Below are positions 51,501-64,000 of a stretch of DNA of 64,000 bases, in pieces. The stretch comes from Mizuhopecten yessoensis. Lineage: Eukaryota. The stretch lies in assembly GCF_002113885.1 (NCBI RefSeq), contig NW_018408421.1:6694-70693 (forward strand), in the 5' to 3' direction. How positions within the stretch are numbered: position 1 is the first letter of the stretch; each line of letters starts with the position of its first letter. The position numbers and the translations under genes are program-made. The notes beneath the pieces were generated by a model that was not told the DNA's origin, did no database searches, and saw only the letters and a list, made by a program, of their open reading frames with translations.

Positions 51501-52362
51501 TTCGTACATTGGTAACCTCTGTACAATATATACGATTTTAATCTCGTTGACGATTCTCTCCGTGGAATGCATCTGTAACGGCTCAATAACCGACTCATAA
51601 TGATTTATTTGGCGGTTGTAAAAATACTTGAGACCGCTTGTGAACTTATGAGTGAAAATATTAAGTAAACCTAACACGCAAACGATATACAATGTAGGTA
51701 CTATTCCTGGTAGGATAGGATTTTGTTTTTAGATATTTGGAGCGGATCTCCATCGACAGGTAATGGTATTTCTAATTCCTGCATTCATCTTATTTATATG
51801 TATCTTATACTTGAATTCTCTTATTGTTTATGTTTATATGTCACACTGGTAAAGTACTAGCTGTCTCCTGCCTACTGGGCTAGAGCGAGATAAATGTCAG
51901 GCGCATTCTGTAGATCGTCAGACTAGTAAACCAGAGATATCAGATTCGATTCCTAGTGGAGGCATTGAACACATATAGTGTCCTCAATTGCATATACATA
52001 CAAATATTTCAATTCCTACTCAAGTTGGAATCACTGCAACTACCAAATGTAACCTGTTCATTTGCCGATGAATTTGACCGGGTTAACATTGCCTGTGCGT
52101 AGGATTTTGCGAAGGGAGATAACTAAGTTGACATGTTTAAACAAAGAAGATACAACTTGATGAGATTTTACATTTTTATTGAAGCTTCACAAGGAATTGA
52201 TCAAACAACCAAAAACGATCAACCAGCAAAATATTATCAGCTTACGATTGCTAGCGGTAGTGGCAAGTCATCTACTACCCTAGAAATACTCTCTCCAGCT
52301 ACCCATTCTGCCTTTTGTGTCAGTATCAACCCCAGGTACAAATAAAAAACAACGTAAATCCA
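48511..52362. repeat. Tandem segmental duplication (~1.8 and ~2.05 kb units) containing promoter + exon 1
   Basis: Units about 48511-50307 and 50310-52362 both start TCCCG.TTGTATAAT.ACGTGTAACCTCTC and end AAAACAACGTAAATCCAT. Confidence 0.9.
49291..49336 (+). CDS. Duplicated (possibly alternative) signal-peptide exon 1 for copy D
   Basis: MLQIVILLSMVIWSF + G|GTAAGT donor, same phase as 51400-51445. Confidence 0.6.
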
Positions 52363-55300
52363 TATGGTCCCGTCTTATAAGAAATGCAGTCGAACATCCA
52401 AATGCCATATCAAATTGTTTTCATCCTTTCAAGCCACGTCTGGTTTTCTGTCACTTAGAGCTATTAGAAAGATGGCTGCCGTAGACACGCAGCTGAGGTT
52501 GCGCACCGCATCTAGACATTATTCTCCCGCGATGGCTCGTCAGAAGATATGAAATTAATACCTAGACTTGCACAAGCTCCAGAAAATATCTGAATGGAAA
52601 TTATTGAAAAAAACCACACACGTTGATTGAAATATAAGGTTTGAATCTTGGCTTGGTCAATTTCATTGGGTGATGTTTTGAGCTGGTCTTGAAACAAATC
52701 CGACATGAACTGCTTAATTAAGCGTCATACTTTCAAGTGAGTGGCATATACGTGACTAGTGCGCTTTATATCATAAAACGTTTTGCCATACATGTGTTAA
52801 GTGGACCAGTATTTAAAAAAATATTTCGTATTAATGTGCTGATTGGACCAATGTTGTAATTAATTTACCAACTCGATGGTACATACGGGTGTCTAGTGAA
52901 ATCGATAGCCGTACAACTGTCGGATAACATGTGTCAATTGTGTCAGTACAGTCATTATAGAGAAGTTCAACACAATGCACAATTTCTTAGTTGACTCAAA
53001 ATATTAATAAAAAAACATATCCGGAATTAACCCAATTGTAAGGAATCAATGAAGGACCTCATTTTCCTTCGAGGTAAACATAAGGGGTTCTACTGTGTTG
53101 TTTCGTATATAAAGTAACCTTTCTCATATTTCGTTATGGAAGTAAATATAGCGCAACTTGACCAGGGCGCCTTCATTGACAAGGAGGCTCAGTTGGTTAC
53201 ATCGACAGTAGACTTATATCGATGTGAGTTACTGGCTCCTAGTCTCAGTGGATAACATTGACAGTTAACTTATATAGATGTGACCTACAGGCTTCGACTC
53301 CTAGTCTCAGTTGGTTACATCGACAGTAGACTTATATCGATGTGAGTTACAGGCTCCTAGTCTCAGTTGGTTACATCGACAGCAGATTTATATCGATGTG
53401 AGTTACAGGCTTCGACTCCTAGTCACAGTTGGTTACATCGACAGGCTCATAGTCTCAGTTGGTAATATCAACAGTTAACTTATATAGATGTGAGCTACAG
53501 GCTTCGACTCCTAGTCTCAGTTGGTAACATCGACAGTAGACTTATATCGATGTGAATTACATGCTCCTAGTCTCAGTTGGCAACATCGACAGTAGACTTA
53601 TATCGATGTGAGTTACAGGCTCCTAGTCTCAATTCGTGACATCGACAGTAGACTTATAGCGATGTGAGTTACAGGCTCCTAGTCTCAGTTGGTAACATCG
53701 ACATTAAACTTATATAGATGTGACTTATAGGCTTCGACTCCTAGTCTCAGTTGGTTACATCGACAGTAGACTTATATCGAATTGAGTTACAGGCTTCGAC
53801 TCCTAGTCTCCATTTGTCACATCGACAGTAGACTTATATCGATGTGAGTTACAGGCTCCTAGTCTCAGTTGGTTACATCGACAGTAGATTTATATTGATG
53901 TGAGTTACAGGCTTCGACTCTTAATCTCAGTTGGTTACATCGACAGTAGACTTATATCGATTTGAGTTACAGGCTTCGACTCCGAGTCTAGCTGCGTTAT
54001 TTGTTTTTCACTCAGAACAGTGTTGTTAATTTCAATTAATTTCGTCTTTGTCATTTTTTCGATCAGAAGTCCCGCAAGGTACGATTTTCTTTGCAGAAAT
54101 GAAGATGTAGTCATGAAGACAGGTTTCCAAGGTATATTCAGTTTTGGTAGCTGTACGGGGATCTTTAAAAAAATGTTTCCCATATAAAAGTAATTTAAAC
54201 GTTTCAGCTGGATGTGGTCCTTGTCAATACGACCTGGTGACCGGACCCTACGGCGTGTCGGACGATGCAATTACAGCGTCAACTACTCACCGTGATTGTC
54301 CTATAGTGAAAGCCAGATTCAGCAGTTCCAGAAGCTGGTGTCCACTTTATTCTGGGGTCGGACACTTTTTACAGGTAATGCTGGACAGTATTTACAGGTA
54401 ATGCTGGATATTATTCAAGTGATGATGAATATTATTTACAAATGACATCTATATTTCTTCTAGTAAAACACCGAACTTTTAAATCATACGGAGCGATATA
54501 TATTTTTTTCAAGAATATTTTAAATATATATTTAGTACTATTTCCTAGTCTTATAAGGCATTATTTACGTATAACTTCCCTCTTAGTTTCACTATTTCTT
54601 TTAGTAAAACACTACGTTATATATGATATTTACATTCTTGAGTTATTCCAGAATAGTTTTAAACTTTTGCTTAGTGTCAATCAATTTAGAACAAAAGATG
54701 GAAAAACCCCCACTACAATCACTATTAAAATACGGATACAGTAAGAAAACACATTTTCAATAAACCAATAGATGGATTCAGAAAGCCGTATTAGCATTAG
54801 GTAAATATTGACAATGTATCAAATGTCTATTTCGTCGGCGATTTAGGTATAATGAAATTCATCAAAAAATAGATAAAGAGAAGATCTTTTTAAATCCCCA
54901 TTAACCAAATAAACAACATGTGATTACAACAGCTACTTTATATTTAAACTAGCATTTAATGGGAACCGCGGCAGAATCAATTCCAACTATATGTACCAGG
55001 CTACGGCCATTTTAGTTCATGGTGCATTATCATAAATGCATTTGTTTTTACTTATAATAGTCTCTTGTCGTGCACAAACACAGGTGGAGTTTCGATCAGT
55101 CTCAATGCTGAAGGCAATACAGACTAAGGGAAGGGAAGACTATAGTCAGTGGGTGTCTTTGTACAGTGTCAACATCAGTATGGACGGAATCACCTGGACA
55201 TCCTTATCGAACTCTACAGGCGATGTACAGGTAACAATGCCCATTTAAGGTCATGCGCAGCTATGCAAATCTACAGATGGTTGAGTTGTTCTGTTTTTCT

Positions 55301-58300
55301 AAAATATGGATTTTTTAGAGGAAAATAATTTCATATCTTGAAAACTATACGAAACTTATAAACCTAAGTTACAATTTCAAAATGATGATAAACTAAAAAA
55401 CTTGACAACCAAAGATGTGTGTCAGTTTGTTCCATATTTGTGTATGTTGACAATTATTTGTATTTTATTTATGCTAGTTAACTAATCAAAAGCAGAGCCA
55501 ATGAAATTAGTCTCAGTGTTAAACGTTCTTGCATATGATAAGGTCACATGGAGGCGGTTGTCAGGGGAGACAGTGCCAAAGATGAAAGGGCACGTAGGAC
55601 AGTCTCCGAGAAACAACAATATTTTGCAGAAAGTAGGGGGCCGCGGTGGCCAACTGGTTAAGGCGTCTGACATTCTGCTACCGCTAGCCCTCAACCACTG
55701 GGTCGCGGGTTCGAGGCCTACGTGTGGCAGTCGCCAGGTACTGGCCGTAGACCAATGGCCTTCTCCGGGGTAGTTCGGCCTTGCTCCACCACCAAAACCT
55801 GGCACGTCCTTAAATGACCATAGCAGTCAATAGGACGTAAAACACAAACAAACCAAACCTGCAGAAAGTCCCCAATTAGTCGCCACCTATGATAACGTAC
55901 ATTTGGATGCAGCAGGCCTTTTCTTTCTCCGAATCTAAGGGTTTTGGAAATAGATACAGAAACGCCCTCGAAACCTCATGATCCGGGTAACTACTGCCGG
56001 TATACCAGGGGTTTCTCCTCTAGCTCAAGGCTATGTACATTTGGCTTTTATCAACATAAAGGAAGTAGATCAAGCAGTAGCCAATGTACTGATTTGGAAA
56101 TGTTCCAGGATTCCAACGTTTTCCAAAAGGAAATGATAAGATATACCACAGGGACAAATTGAGTGGTCGTTAGGGATATTTGTCCAGTAAAATCGCCTGA
56201 CAAGGCCTCTATGTTCGCCTTGGTGTTGAAGCGTTCGCCGAAGCGAGGAAGACTATGGGCTCTGCCCCTGACCGAGACACAACATAAGTCCGTAAAAAGT
56301 AATTGTAAGGAGAGATTTATCCAGGGTGCATTCGGAAAGCCATGAGTTAGGTACTCCGAAGGAGGCATTCAACCTGCGCTATCGCACAGAGTCAAATACA
56401 CAAACTTACTGCCTCCAGCACCCATGTAAACGTTGCACCCATTACAGAACGACTGACCGTTCCTGTTAATAGGATGCTGATTATTCATTAACAGTCGCCA
56501 TTTGGTCGACAGACGATAAACAATAATCACTGTCGTCATGCTTTATACGAGATGTTTATTTCAATGAATATAATCCTCTAATCTATCGACATCGCTGGTC
56601 AACAAATTCAATCAGCAATTGACAGATTTACAAACGCCATTTTAAGTCACCTTCCAGAGTAGTTCAACGGAACAATCTGACTATGCGCCTGACAGGTTTT
56701 AAGTAGATTTAGAAATTGAATAAATCATGTTTGTTTGTCTGCTAGCAACTCATTTATTAAATTTAAAATTAAAGTTTTGTACCCTTCATTCGACAAATGA
56801 AATCATTGCGTTGACCACTTGTTTAGATTTGCATTGGAGGTTTTTGGAAGTGTTGGTCTGTTGGAAAATAATATATGCAAGCGCATGATATATCGCCAAA
56901 CAAAGCATGGCTATTAACCGATGGAAAGCTTCGTAACCTCGAGGATGTGGTAGATTTAAGAGTAATCATGGGCTCACTATAATAATGATATATGATTAAG
57001 TATCCTCCCTTCTTTATAAAGGTGTTTCCCGGAAACTCCGACAGAAATACAGTCGTGACCAATGAACTAGAAGGAACTGTGATCGCCAAGTACATCCGGG
57101 TTATATCCGTCTCTATGCATTCCCACGGATCAATGAGACTGGAGGTTCAGGGCTGTCCGTACTCAGAAATAAGCAGTATGTATTCTGTCATTAGTATTGA
57201 CATAATGCGATTACTAATGTTTAATTATATAATGTTTTGCACTTTTTCATTCGTTTATTGTTGTTGAATTTATAAAATCAATCAAAGTTTAATCTCCTGC
57301 ACAAGCTGAACATATGCAATACATGTATATTGATTTTCGAACTCAACTTCATTTTCTGATTTTTTTTCCTGCGAAACTGATTCATTCTAAATTGTACTGT
57401 TTTTGTGATTTTGAAGTTCTTTATCAAATTAGATGAAAAAAATAATTGTTTTCTTTTATTAATGTGCTTGCCAGGTACTTACCTAATGTAAATGTTTCTA
57501 TTTTCCATTTTGACATCATACATACGTATTCCATTTGAAAAAAAAGGAGAAAATTTACCTTGCTTTTGTACTTTTTAACAAATTTTGAAAAAGAAACCAA
57601 ATTTAATATGTTGACAATAATATTGAATTATGTGTAAATTAAGAAAAGATGTAACAATTTTTCAACAGGAGAATTTGATGATAAGAATATGAAGGAAAGC
57701 TGATGTATGTGACTTTCACCGGTATTTGAATTAATTAGAATTATTTTCCAAATTTGGTATACCTGAAGTATACCTCTCTGAAATACCATGCCGAAAGCAT
57801 CCAGCACGATATTCTACCCGATCACATTAAACTGACAACGGGTAGCCTAGTTGTTGCCATTACCCTTAGTGCTGAAAATTAAGTAACATTTATTTGTTAT
57901 TTCATCATATTTTATTGAGTAAACAATAGGATTGAACAGCAGGCTAGGCCTATATAAGTTCTCTCCTTAGGTTGACATGACAAAGACAAAGATGAATGAA
58001 ATGGTTTGTAAGAAAATATTGATGCAAATCATATATAATAGGTAGCATAGACATATATATATATATAGCAGATGGTATAGGGGAGATAATTCCATGTATG
58101 TTTCAATTACATATAAATATTTAATTGATATTTTTAGCTATACAATGCTCATATTAAAAAGTCAATCATAATTAATTAGTAATAGGAAAGCAATGCCCTA
58201 ATGATATATTAAACAGAGAAATTGCTACATTTTTTTTTTTGTTTTTTGTTTTGCAAGTCATTAGTGCCCCCTGTTCATACCCTGCTGCTGTTGCATGAAG

Positions 58301-59049
58301 TAGTTAGAAGTATAGAACCATTTAGTATCAATATATATATCATTGGTAGGAGTGATAAAAAGTAAGGGATACAACAACATCAAAATATGAAAAAATAAAA
58401 TGAGGCAATTCAGCTAGAAGATTTTGATAATGTAGTATATGTGTAAGATGTATTGCCAGTGTTCTATGTGTAAATCTTTCATCCCATCGAGTTTCAGACA
58501 AAAAGTCTCTAACGGCCTCTACCGTTCACATATCATCCACTCGAGAAGAATCCAGATTAAACCACAGAACACTAAGCATTCAAACTTAGCACATTTAAAA
58601 GTAACATTTATTATTGATAAGGACTGGTATATCCCAGCAGCGGATCAAGTTTGGCTTTTTCACTGTGTTCTTTTACGACAAATAGTGAGATGTAGCAGGA
58701 CCCCCCGCCCCCCCCCCTCCCCTGTTGGGGTGGGTTGCACACTATTATTGATTTTACGTGAAGAATAATAGAATTCCATGCTTTGTATGATGGGACAATA
58801 TGTATTTGAACAGGTACATGTCATCGCTGGGGAGCCAAGCTTGGATCCACTGGTGACGTACTTTCTATTCTCCTGGACACGGACGCATCGAACCAAGGAC
58901 TGTGTGGCTTAAAGTGTTACAGACAACCGGAATGCGACAGTTTCCTGTTGGACGTCAAGTCTGATCAATGTAGATTACTTAAGGGGTCAGTGAATGGGTC
59001 ACAAATCACTGTTGACCTGGACGGGGTTTGGTATTTTGTGAAAATATGA
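51400..59049 (+). CDS. Copy D: secreted F5/8 type C (discoidin) + PAN/Apple-like protein, 249 aa, 5 exons
   Basis: Exons 51400-51445, 54208-54374, 55084-55230, 57022-57175, 58814-59049; exons 2-5 have the same lengths and phases as copy B; open reading frame with all 10 Cys conserved. Confidence 0.9.
53188..53988. repeat. 56/62-bp tandem array of tRNA-like units, 14 units, intron 1 of copy D
   Basis: Unit CTCAGTTGGTTACATCGACAGTAGACTTATATCGATGTGAGTTACAGGCT(TCGACT)CCTAGT; one unit truncated to 30 bp. Confidence 0.95.
55635..55859 (+). mobile_element. Full-length tRNA-derived SINE (V-domain-like) with 10-bp TSD, intron 3 of copy D
   Basis: A box TGGCCAACTGG, B box GGTTCGAGGCC, CTCCGGG...CTCCACCA core, (AAAC/AAACC)n tail; TGCAGAAAGT at 55625-55634 and 55860-55869; absent at the homologous site in copy B (about 32870). 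Confidence 0.9.
57895..58598 (-). mobile_element. 5'-truncated CR1-like LINE end with 14-bp TSD, intron 4 of copy D
   Basis: AAGTAACATTTATT at 57881-57894 and 58599-58612; minus strand VEAVRDFLSETRW..RF remnant and GGAGAGAACTTATATAG...CAATCC...AATAAA tail; absent from copies A and B. Confidence 0.7.
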
Positions 59050-62000
59050 TTGTCAATACTTACTATTTGACGTCATATCTGCCTGTACAATAGTTGGCTA
59101 CTTTAGGCAACTCTAAACGTACATGCCATCCTGGTGAATTTGCTGTTATCTATTATAGATAATGATTAGGCTTTTTGTCATGGTTACGAGGTTCGTTTGC
59201 GCATTTGTGTATAGCCTTACATCTCACAATGGTTGTCAACCTTGTGAATTGTTTTTCCTTTTGTCAGTTGCGGGTTTAAGATGATATCCCAGTTAACTTG
59301 GATATTAGTGCGTTGCTATTTTTCGAATGTGCGTAATTTATTTCGATTTGACTATTTTATTGTCATGGAAACCCTGTATTCAAAGCATTCGAGTTTGTTT
59401 CTTGTATTTGTACGTTGCATTAGTCTTTGAAACGTTAGATGAAGAAAAGAAATACTTACCGTGTAATATCACATATGATATCCCAGTAAGTTGTTATATT
59501 GACTTTGCCTTACTGTAACACAATTCATGTCATTTTTCATTATTGTATCACAGCTACGTACTGTATGGAATCGTGTTTATTTCACATAGCTGGCCATGGA
59601 TGATAGAATTTCCTCTGAATGGGAAGCTGTGTCAAAAATAAATTATGTTACATGGACATGATGTGACAATGCGAATAATTTAAATACACGGGGAGTTTGA
59701 CGACTTTTTTAATGATCATTTTATTTAAAATAGAAATAATTATTATACAGTTATTTTTGAAGTTGATACTGAACCTTTTTTAATTTTTACCAATGGTATA
59801 AAGTATTTATTATCGGTAAAGTATTGAAGAACGCAATATTCTGCCACAATATGACGTCTAAACACACACCGATAAAATAAATTCGTAAGGTATATAATTA
59901 TGAAAACAACTCCGTTGTATTCGTTTACAACTAATATATGTTTTCCGTTTTGTTGTTGTTGAAAGTAAGAACTCTCGTTAACACCTAACCACATTGGGAG
60001 AGACGGCTCACATGCGCTATTGTTCTGACAACGGCCCAGTCCCATCATCATTTTTTGTAGCGTTGCCAGTTATAGATGTTGAAAATCACTGATGAAATTA
60101 TTTTTGCTAATGTTCATTTTTTAAATAAAAGAGGTTGGAAATTGTTTAATGATATTTGTTTTTCATCCCGAAATCTGTGTGTGAACGAAAATGTATCTTT
60201 GACAGTATCTTCAAAATGAATCGCTAGTTTGGAAATATATATGTATCAAAGTTAAACTTTATACCCAATGTAGGTTCCAAACGTGTTGCACGTATGATGG
60301 ACGATCTGATCATCTTCGCATTATATGACTGCTTTATGCACGTCGTCGCATCATAGAATACAATTAAATGTTCTCATGAATAGAAGGGAACGTTTAGGAC
60401 CACAATGAAATAGCATCAAACAACCTGATAATTGAAGCGTTTACCGAGGAATGGGCAAATATGCATACAATTGTAATAAGAAAAGCTTTGAAGTCAACGT
60501 TTTTTTTTATTATAGCTGATCTGGTTTATCGTAGCGATTAAAATGCAAATGTCTCTACGGAATTTGAAAAAAACGCATTTTGATGGCAACGGACACTTTA
60601 CTTGGAAACAGTAAAAAACAGGAAAATCATTGTACTCGATTTCAACAATGCTAAAGAAGAAAAATAAGAGAGCTCGCTTTGTGAAGGAATACAAATGTGT
60701 AAGCAATGATAGGTATCAACCTCCTTCGAAGCGAGAAGATGAGGACTTGTCCACTCAGCCCTTCGAACAAAGAGCATAACGCCGAGGCAGTTAACTATAA
60801 AACTAATTCGAGCAAACCAATAACAATTACGTAAATAGTGAGAATATTACAACTTCAGTATTGAACGTGATATCTGAAGATACCAATACAAAGCATTCGT
60901 GGATTTCGTGATTTTGTTTATATCTTTGTTTAAATGAGTCGGAGAAAAATGGAAGAAATTGATGTTACTATTTTACTGCATTATTTAGTGTTTTTACCTA
61001 TTAAGTGACAACCTAAAAATCAACAAAGCAATGACAGCATACACAACAAGAATATGTTCATAAATCTATAAAGGTAGCAGTATACAGTAGAGGGTTGTGG
61101 CCATGGGTGATATTTTTGTTAAATGGCTAACCCCTGTATAATGGTATGTAAAAAAATATAAAAATAAAACTGTACTGAAATCGGTATAAGCATGATGAAG
61201 TGGGCTATGTGAGCTTCACATTTGTAAAAAAGAAAGAAGATTTCTTTGGTTCGAGGATAAGAATTTGGCCATAATCCGAAAGGGTGCGTACACATGAAAA
61301 GCTAGCTTTACAGGAAGTAAAACTTTGACACAACTTTACCGGGACCCAGATAATTCTGCAACCAGGTAGGTAATCTTTAATTTCAGACAGAGCTTAGGAA
61401 AAAAAATACTAGTTGCGGTGGTCAAATTTTGGGTTAAAAATAGCATTTGTTGGCCTTTTTTGGTAATTTATGATGTGGTAACCATGGTTTTCACACAAGT
61501 GACATACATATAAAAAAGAGGTTTATACACTTCTCAGTACTTTATATGTATTGTAAATGTAATGCAGTTTACAAATATATATACATGTATACATGTGTTG
61601 TGTAGGGTAAATCCGCTGTGTTTACATTTCCTCGACATGTGCCTTGTTTATCAGAGTCGGGCCATTTCTACTGTACACTGCTACCATCTATAAAGATATA
61701 TACCCACAGATATGTAATTTGTTGTAACAATAAGTGTATTTATGTTAGTTAGTAATGCCATAAATATTATATAATTATTTCAATATTTGTATCTTCATGG
61801 ATATGTACAGGCTCTTAGCTTTCAATGTTCTAATTATTATAAGGAGCTAAAGCTTTTACGTCTGGTATGCAGCCCAACAGTAAGATTATGAGTGACCATC
61901 GCGTCATTGCTATTTGATTGATTTTTATACTATGCCTGGGGCCTTTAGTGGATTCGTGATCCACATGTGGCATGTGGGTTAGTAATCTGCTGGACCAATC

Positions 62001-63450
62001 AGCGTCACGCATTACTCCCTTCTGTACCAATCAGCGCGGCGCGCACTACTGGGGTTTATACACTGACGCGGCCCCTTCATCACTTGTAGATTTCACTGTG
62101 GTAGCCTTCTCGGGATAATTTTGTGTGATGATGGTCTAGCTTGGAACCTTTGCAGTTATATATCATTGTATGCCAGTTTATGTACCCCACCTTCGTTGCT
62201 ACATTACTAATAGTAGTCATTGTACTTCATATTGGTTTATTATTCATCTAATCTTCAAAAATTGTGAACTTAAATTGTCACAATTTCTATTTGTCATTAA
62301 TAAAATGACCTTTAACAACATTTTAATCTTAGTTGATTTTGTGATGTTAATTAGTGCAACAAAACAAGCTTCAGTCTTTGAAAATTAACTATCCCAGCTG
62401 ACATAACTATATATACATATACTGAAGTAAAGAGGAGCAACAGGTTGCTTGGCAGAGCGCCTTAGCAGACGTTTGAGGGAGACTGGGAGCGTTTCCGACC
62501 GACCGAGATCTGGTCGTCAGCTTCCGACGGCTCGACGTTAAGATACGATTGTCTTGCGAGTTTGCGACGCATGCGTTTTCGACAGGGCTAGGTTTTAGTG
62601 GATCAGTTATGGTTTGGGAAGTCATCTCTCAAGGTGTAAAATCACCTTTGATTGTATTACAGGGCAACTTAACGGCGGCTGCAAGTTGGCCGGTACTAAT
62701 GTGTCAGTAGATCCCAATTTCTAATATTGGGGTAACCTTCTTAACGACTGCAATATCTTAACAGTTTATTGGTTCAATAGCGAATGGAATTTTAGAATTT
62801 GTTTACAAAAAAAATGATTCCTTGCGGCCATATACAACTTTTATACACATCACCTTATTCCATTCTTCTAACTTAAGCAAACAAAAATTTAAATTGAATA
62901 AATATATAAATATTAAGAGCTAATTTTACATGTAAAAGTATTTACGTTTCAATTGTCTCAATTAAAATTATAACGATTTGTTTTCGCTATACCGTATACG
63001 TGCATTTGTTTTGTCGTTGACACGTTGGGCAATATTAATATTAATACGCATTGTTCTGCAACCAGTTGAGAAAAGTATGTAAGTCGTCACCAGACATGAT
63101 TAGACTCTTGGACGTTTCATTTTTTACCGGCGTGGAAAAAAAAAGATTAAAACAAAAACATTGTATCCTTTGCACTTCACTGCTGATCTTTCAAAACAAT
63201 AAAATATTTTGTTTGAAAAACACAACCATTATTGTTTATCTTATTCCATAAGATAATAATTTGGTGTATTTAGGAAAATATGGTTGTTTGGTGACCCAAA
63301 TGAACGAATTTGTTAAGTATTATTTTACTTTATATTTGATGTGGTATTCACGCCCCCAATAACCCATTAAGATTCTTCTTGGTTGTTCAAGGATCACGGT
63401 ACTATAGCCAAAAACTTCAAAAAAGCATTTAACATTGTTCCAGTCATAGA
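59050..63450. repeat. Paralogous 3' flank, colinear with 39960-42600
   Basis: Shared blocks e.g. CACAATATG.CGTCTAAACAC, GCGAGAAGAT, GGGAGACTGGGAGCGTT.CCGACCGACCG, CGGTACTAT.GCCAA. Confidence 0.8.
61078..62424. mobile_element. ~1.3-kb insertion in the copy D flank, probable decayed DNA transposon
   Basis: Absent from the colinear copy B flank (about 41510-41550); weak inverted ends CAGTATA...TATACTG. Confidence 0.4.
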
Positions 63451-64000
63451 TTAAGAAACATATAACTTGTAGAGTTCCCTCAAATGAGCGGAAATAACAA
63501 ACAACTACAGGTATATCAAAGACGAAAATAGAACACTGGCAGATCAGGAAGGCCCCGCCATGTGGTGACCATATATATACCAAATATTCGCAGAGCATAC
63601 GCTTCAGCAATCATGTTAAATTAGGAGTATTCATAATTCAACATCATGCATGTTTGTAGTCTGACAAATATCAGTTACAATCAAGTATGACCAGACCTGA
63701 AGACAAAGCTTGTGATCTTAAATGGTTTAGGAAAATCAGAAGCGATGGCAGCCATCTTGCTTTATGGATTTTTTTTAATAAGTTTTTTTTCAGCGTTTTG
63801 CACTACCCACAAAGTACCATTTATCACCTTTCATGAAAAATTTCATCAATCAAACAAAAGTACTAGCCCTATATGTGTCAACCGATCAGAAGCAACAGAT
63901 CGCCTTCAACCTAAGGATCTGGGAAATATTGCAATATCAATGTAGGGTATCAATAACGGAAACAAATAAATATCAAGCTCAAGCGAGAGAGTAATTGGAA

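Noticed and set aside
53188-53988. tRNA gene cluster or CRISPR array
   Set aside because: No acceptor stems or cloverleaf and no unique spacers; treated as a tRNA-like minisatellite.

Overview
AT-rich eukaryotic DNA; the repeat repertoire (Meta/V-type SINEs, non-autonomous Helitrons with core repeats, a TRIM, a Mag-type Gypsy) suggests a bivalve mollusc (inference). The left part holds a complete 5-coding-exon IMMP1L gene (5475-12971, +). Most of the rest is a locally duplicated family of 5-exon genes encoding small secreted proteins with signal peptide + F5/8 type C (discoidin) domain + PAN/Apple-like domain. There are two intact copies (B 29706-39958, 252 aa; D 51400-59049, 249 aa, with a second duplicated first exon at 49291), an orphan frameshifted exon 2 (C, 48113-48269) and an inverted, frameshifted 3' fragment (A, 1-1588, minus strand). 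B and D differ most radically in the predicted ligand-binding loops. A young Gypsy/Mag LTR element sits in intron 3 of copy B, and each paralog has grown a different minisatellite in intron 1, one built from tRNA-like units. Gene models were assembled by hand from splice signals and motif recognition; no database searches were run.
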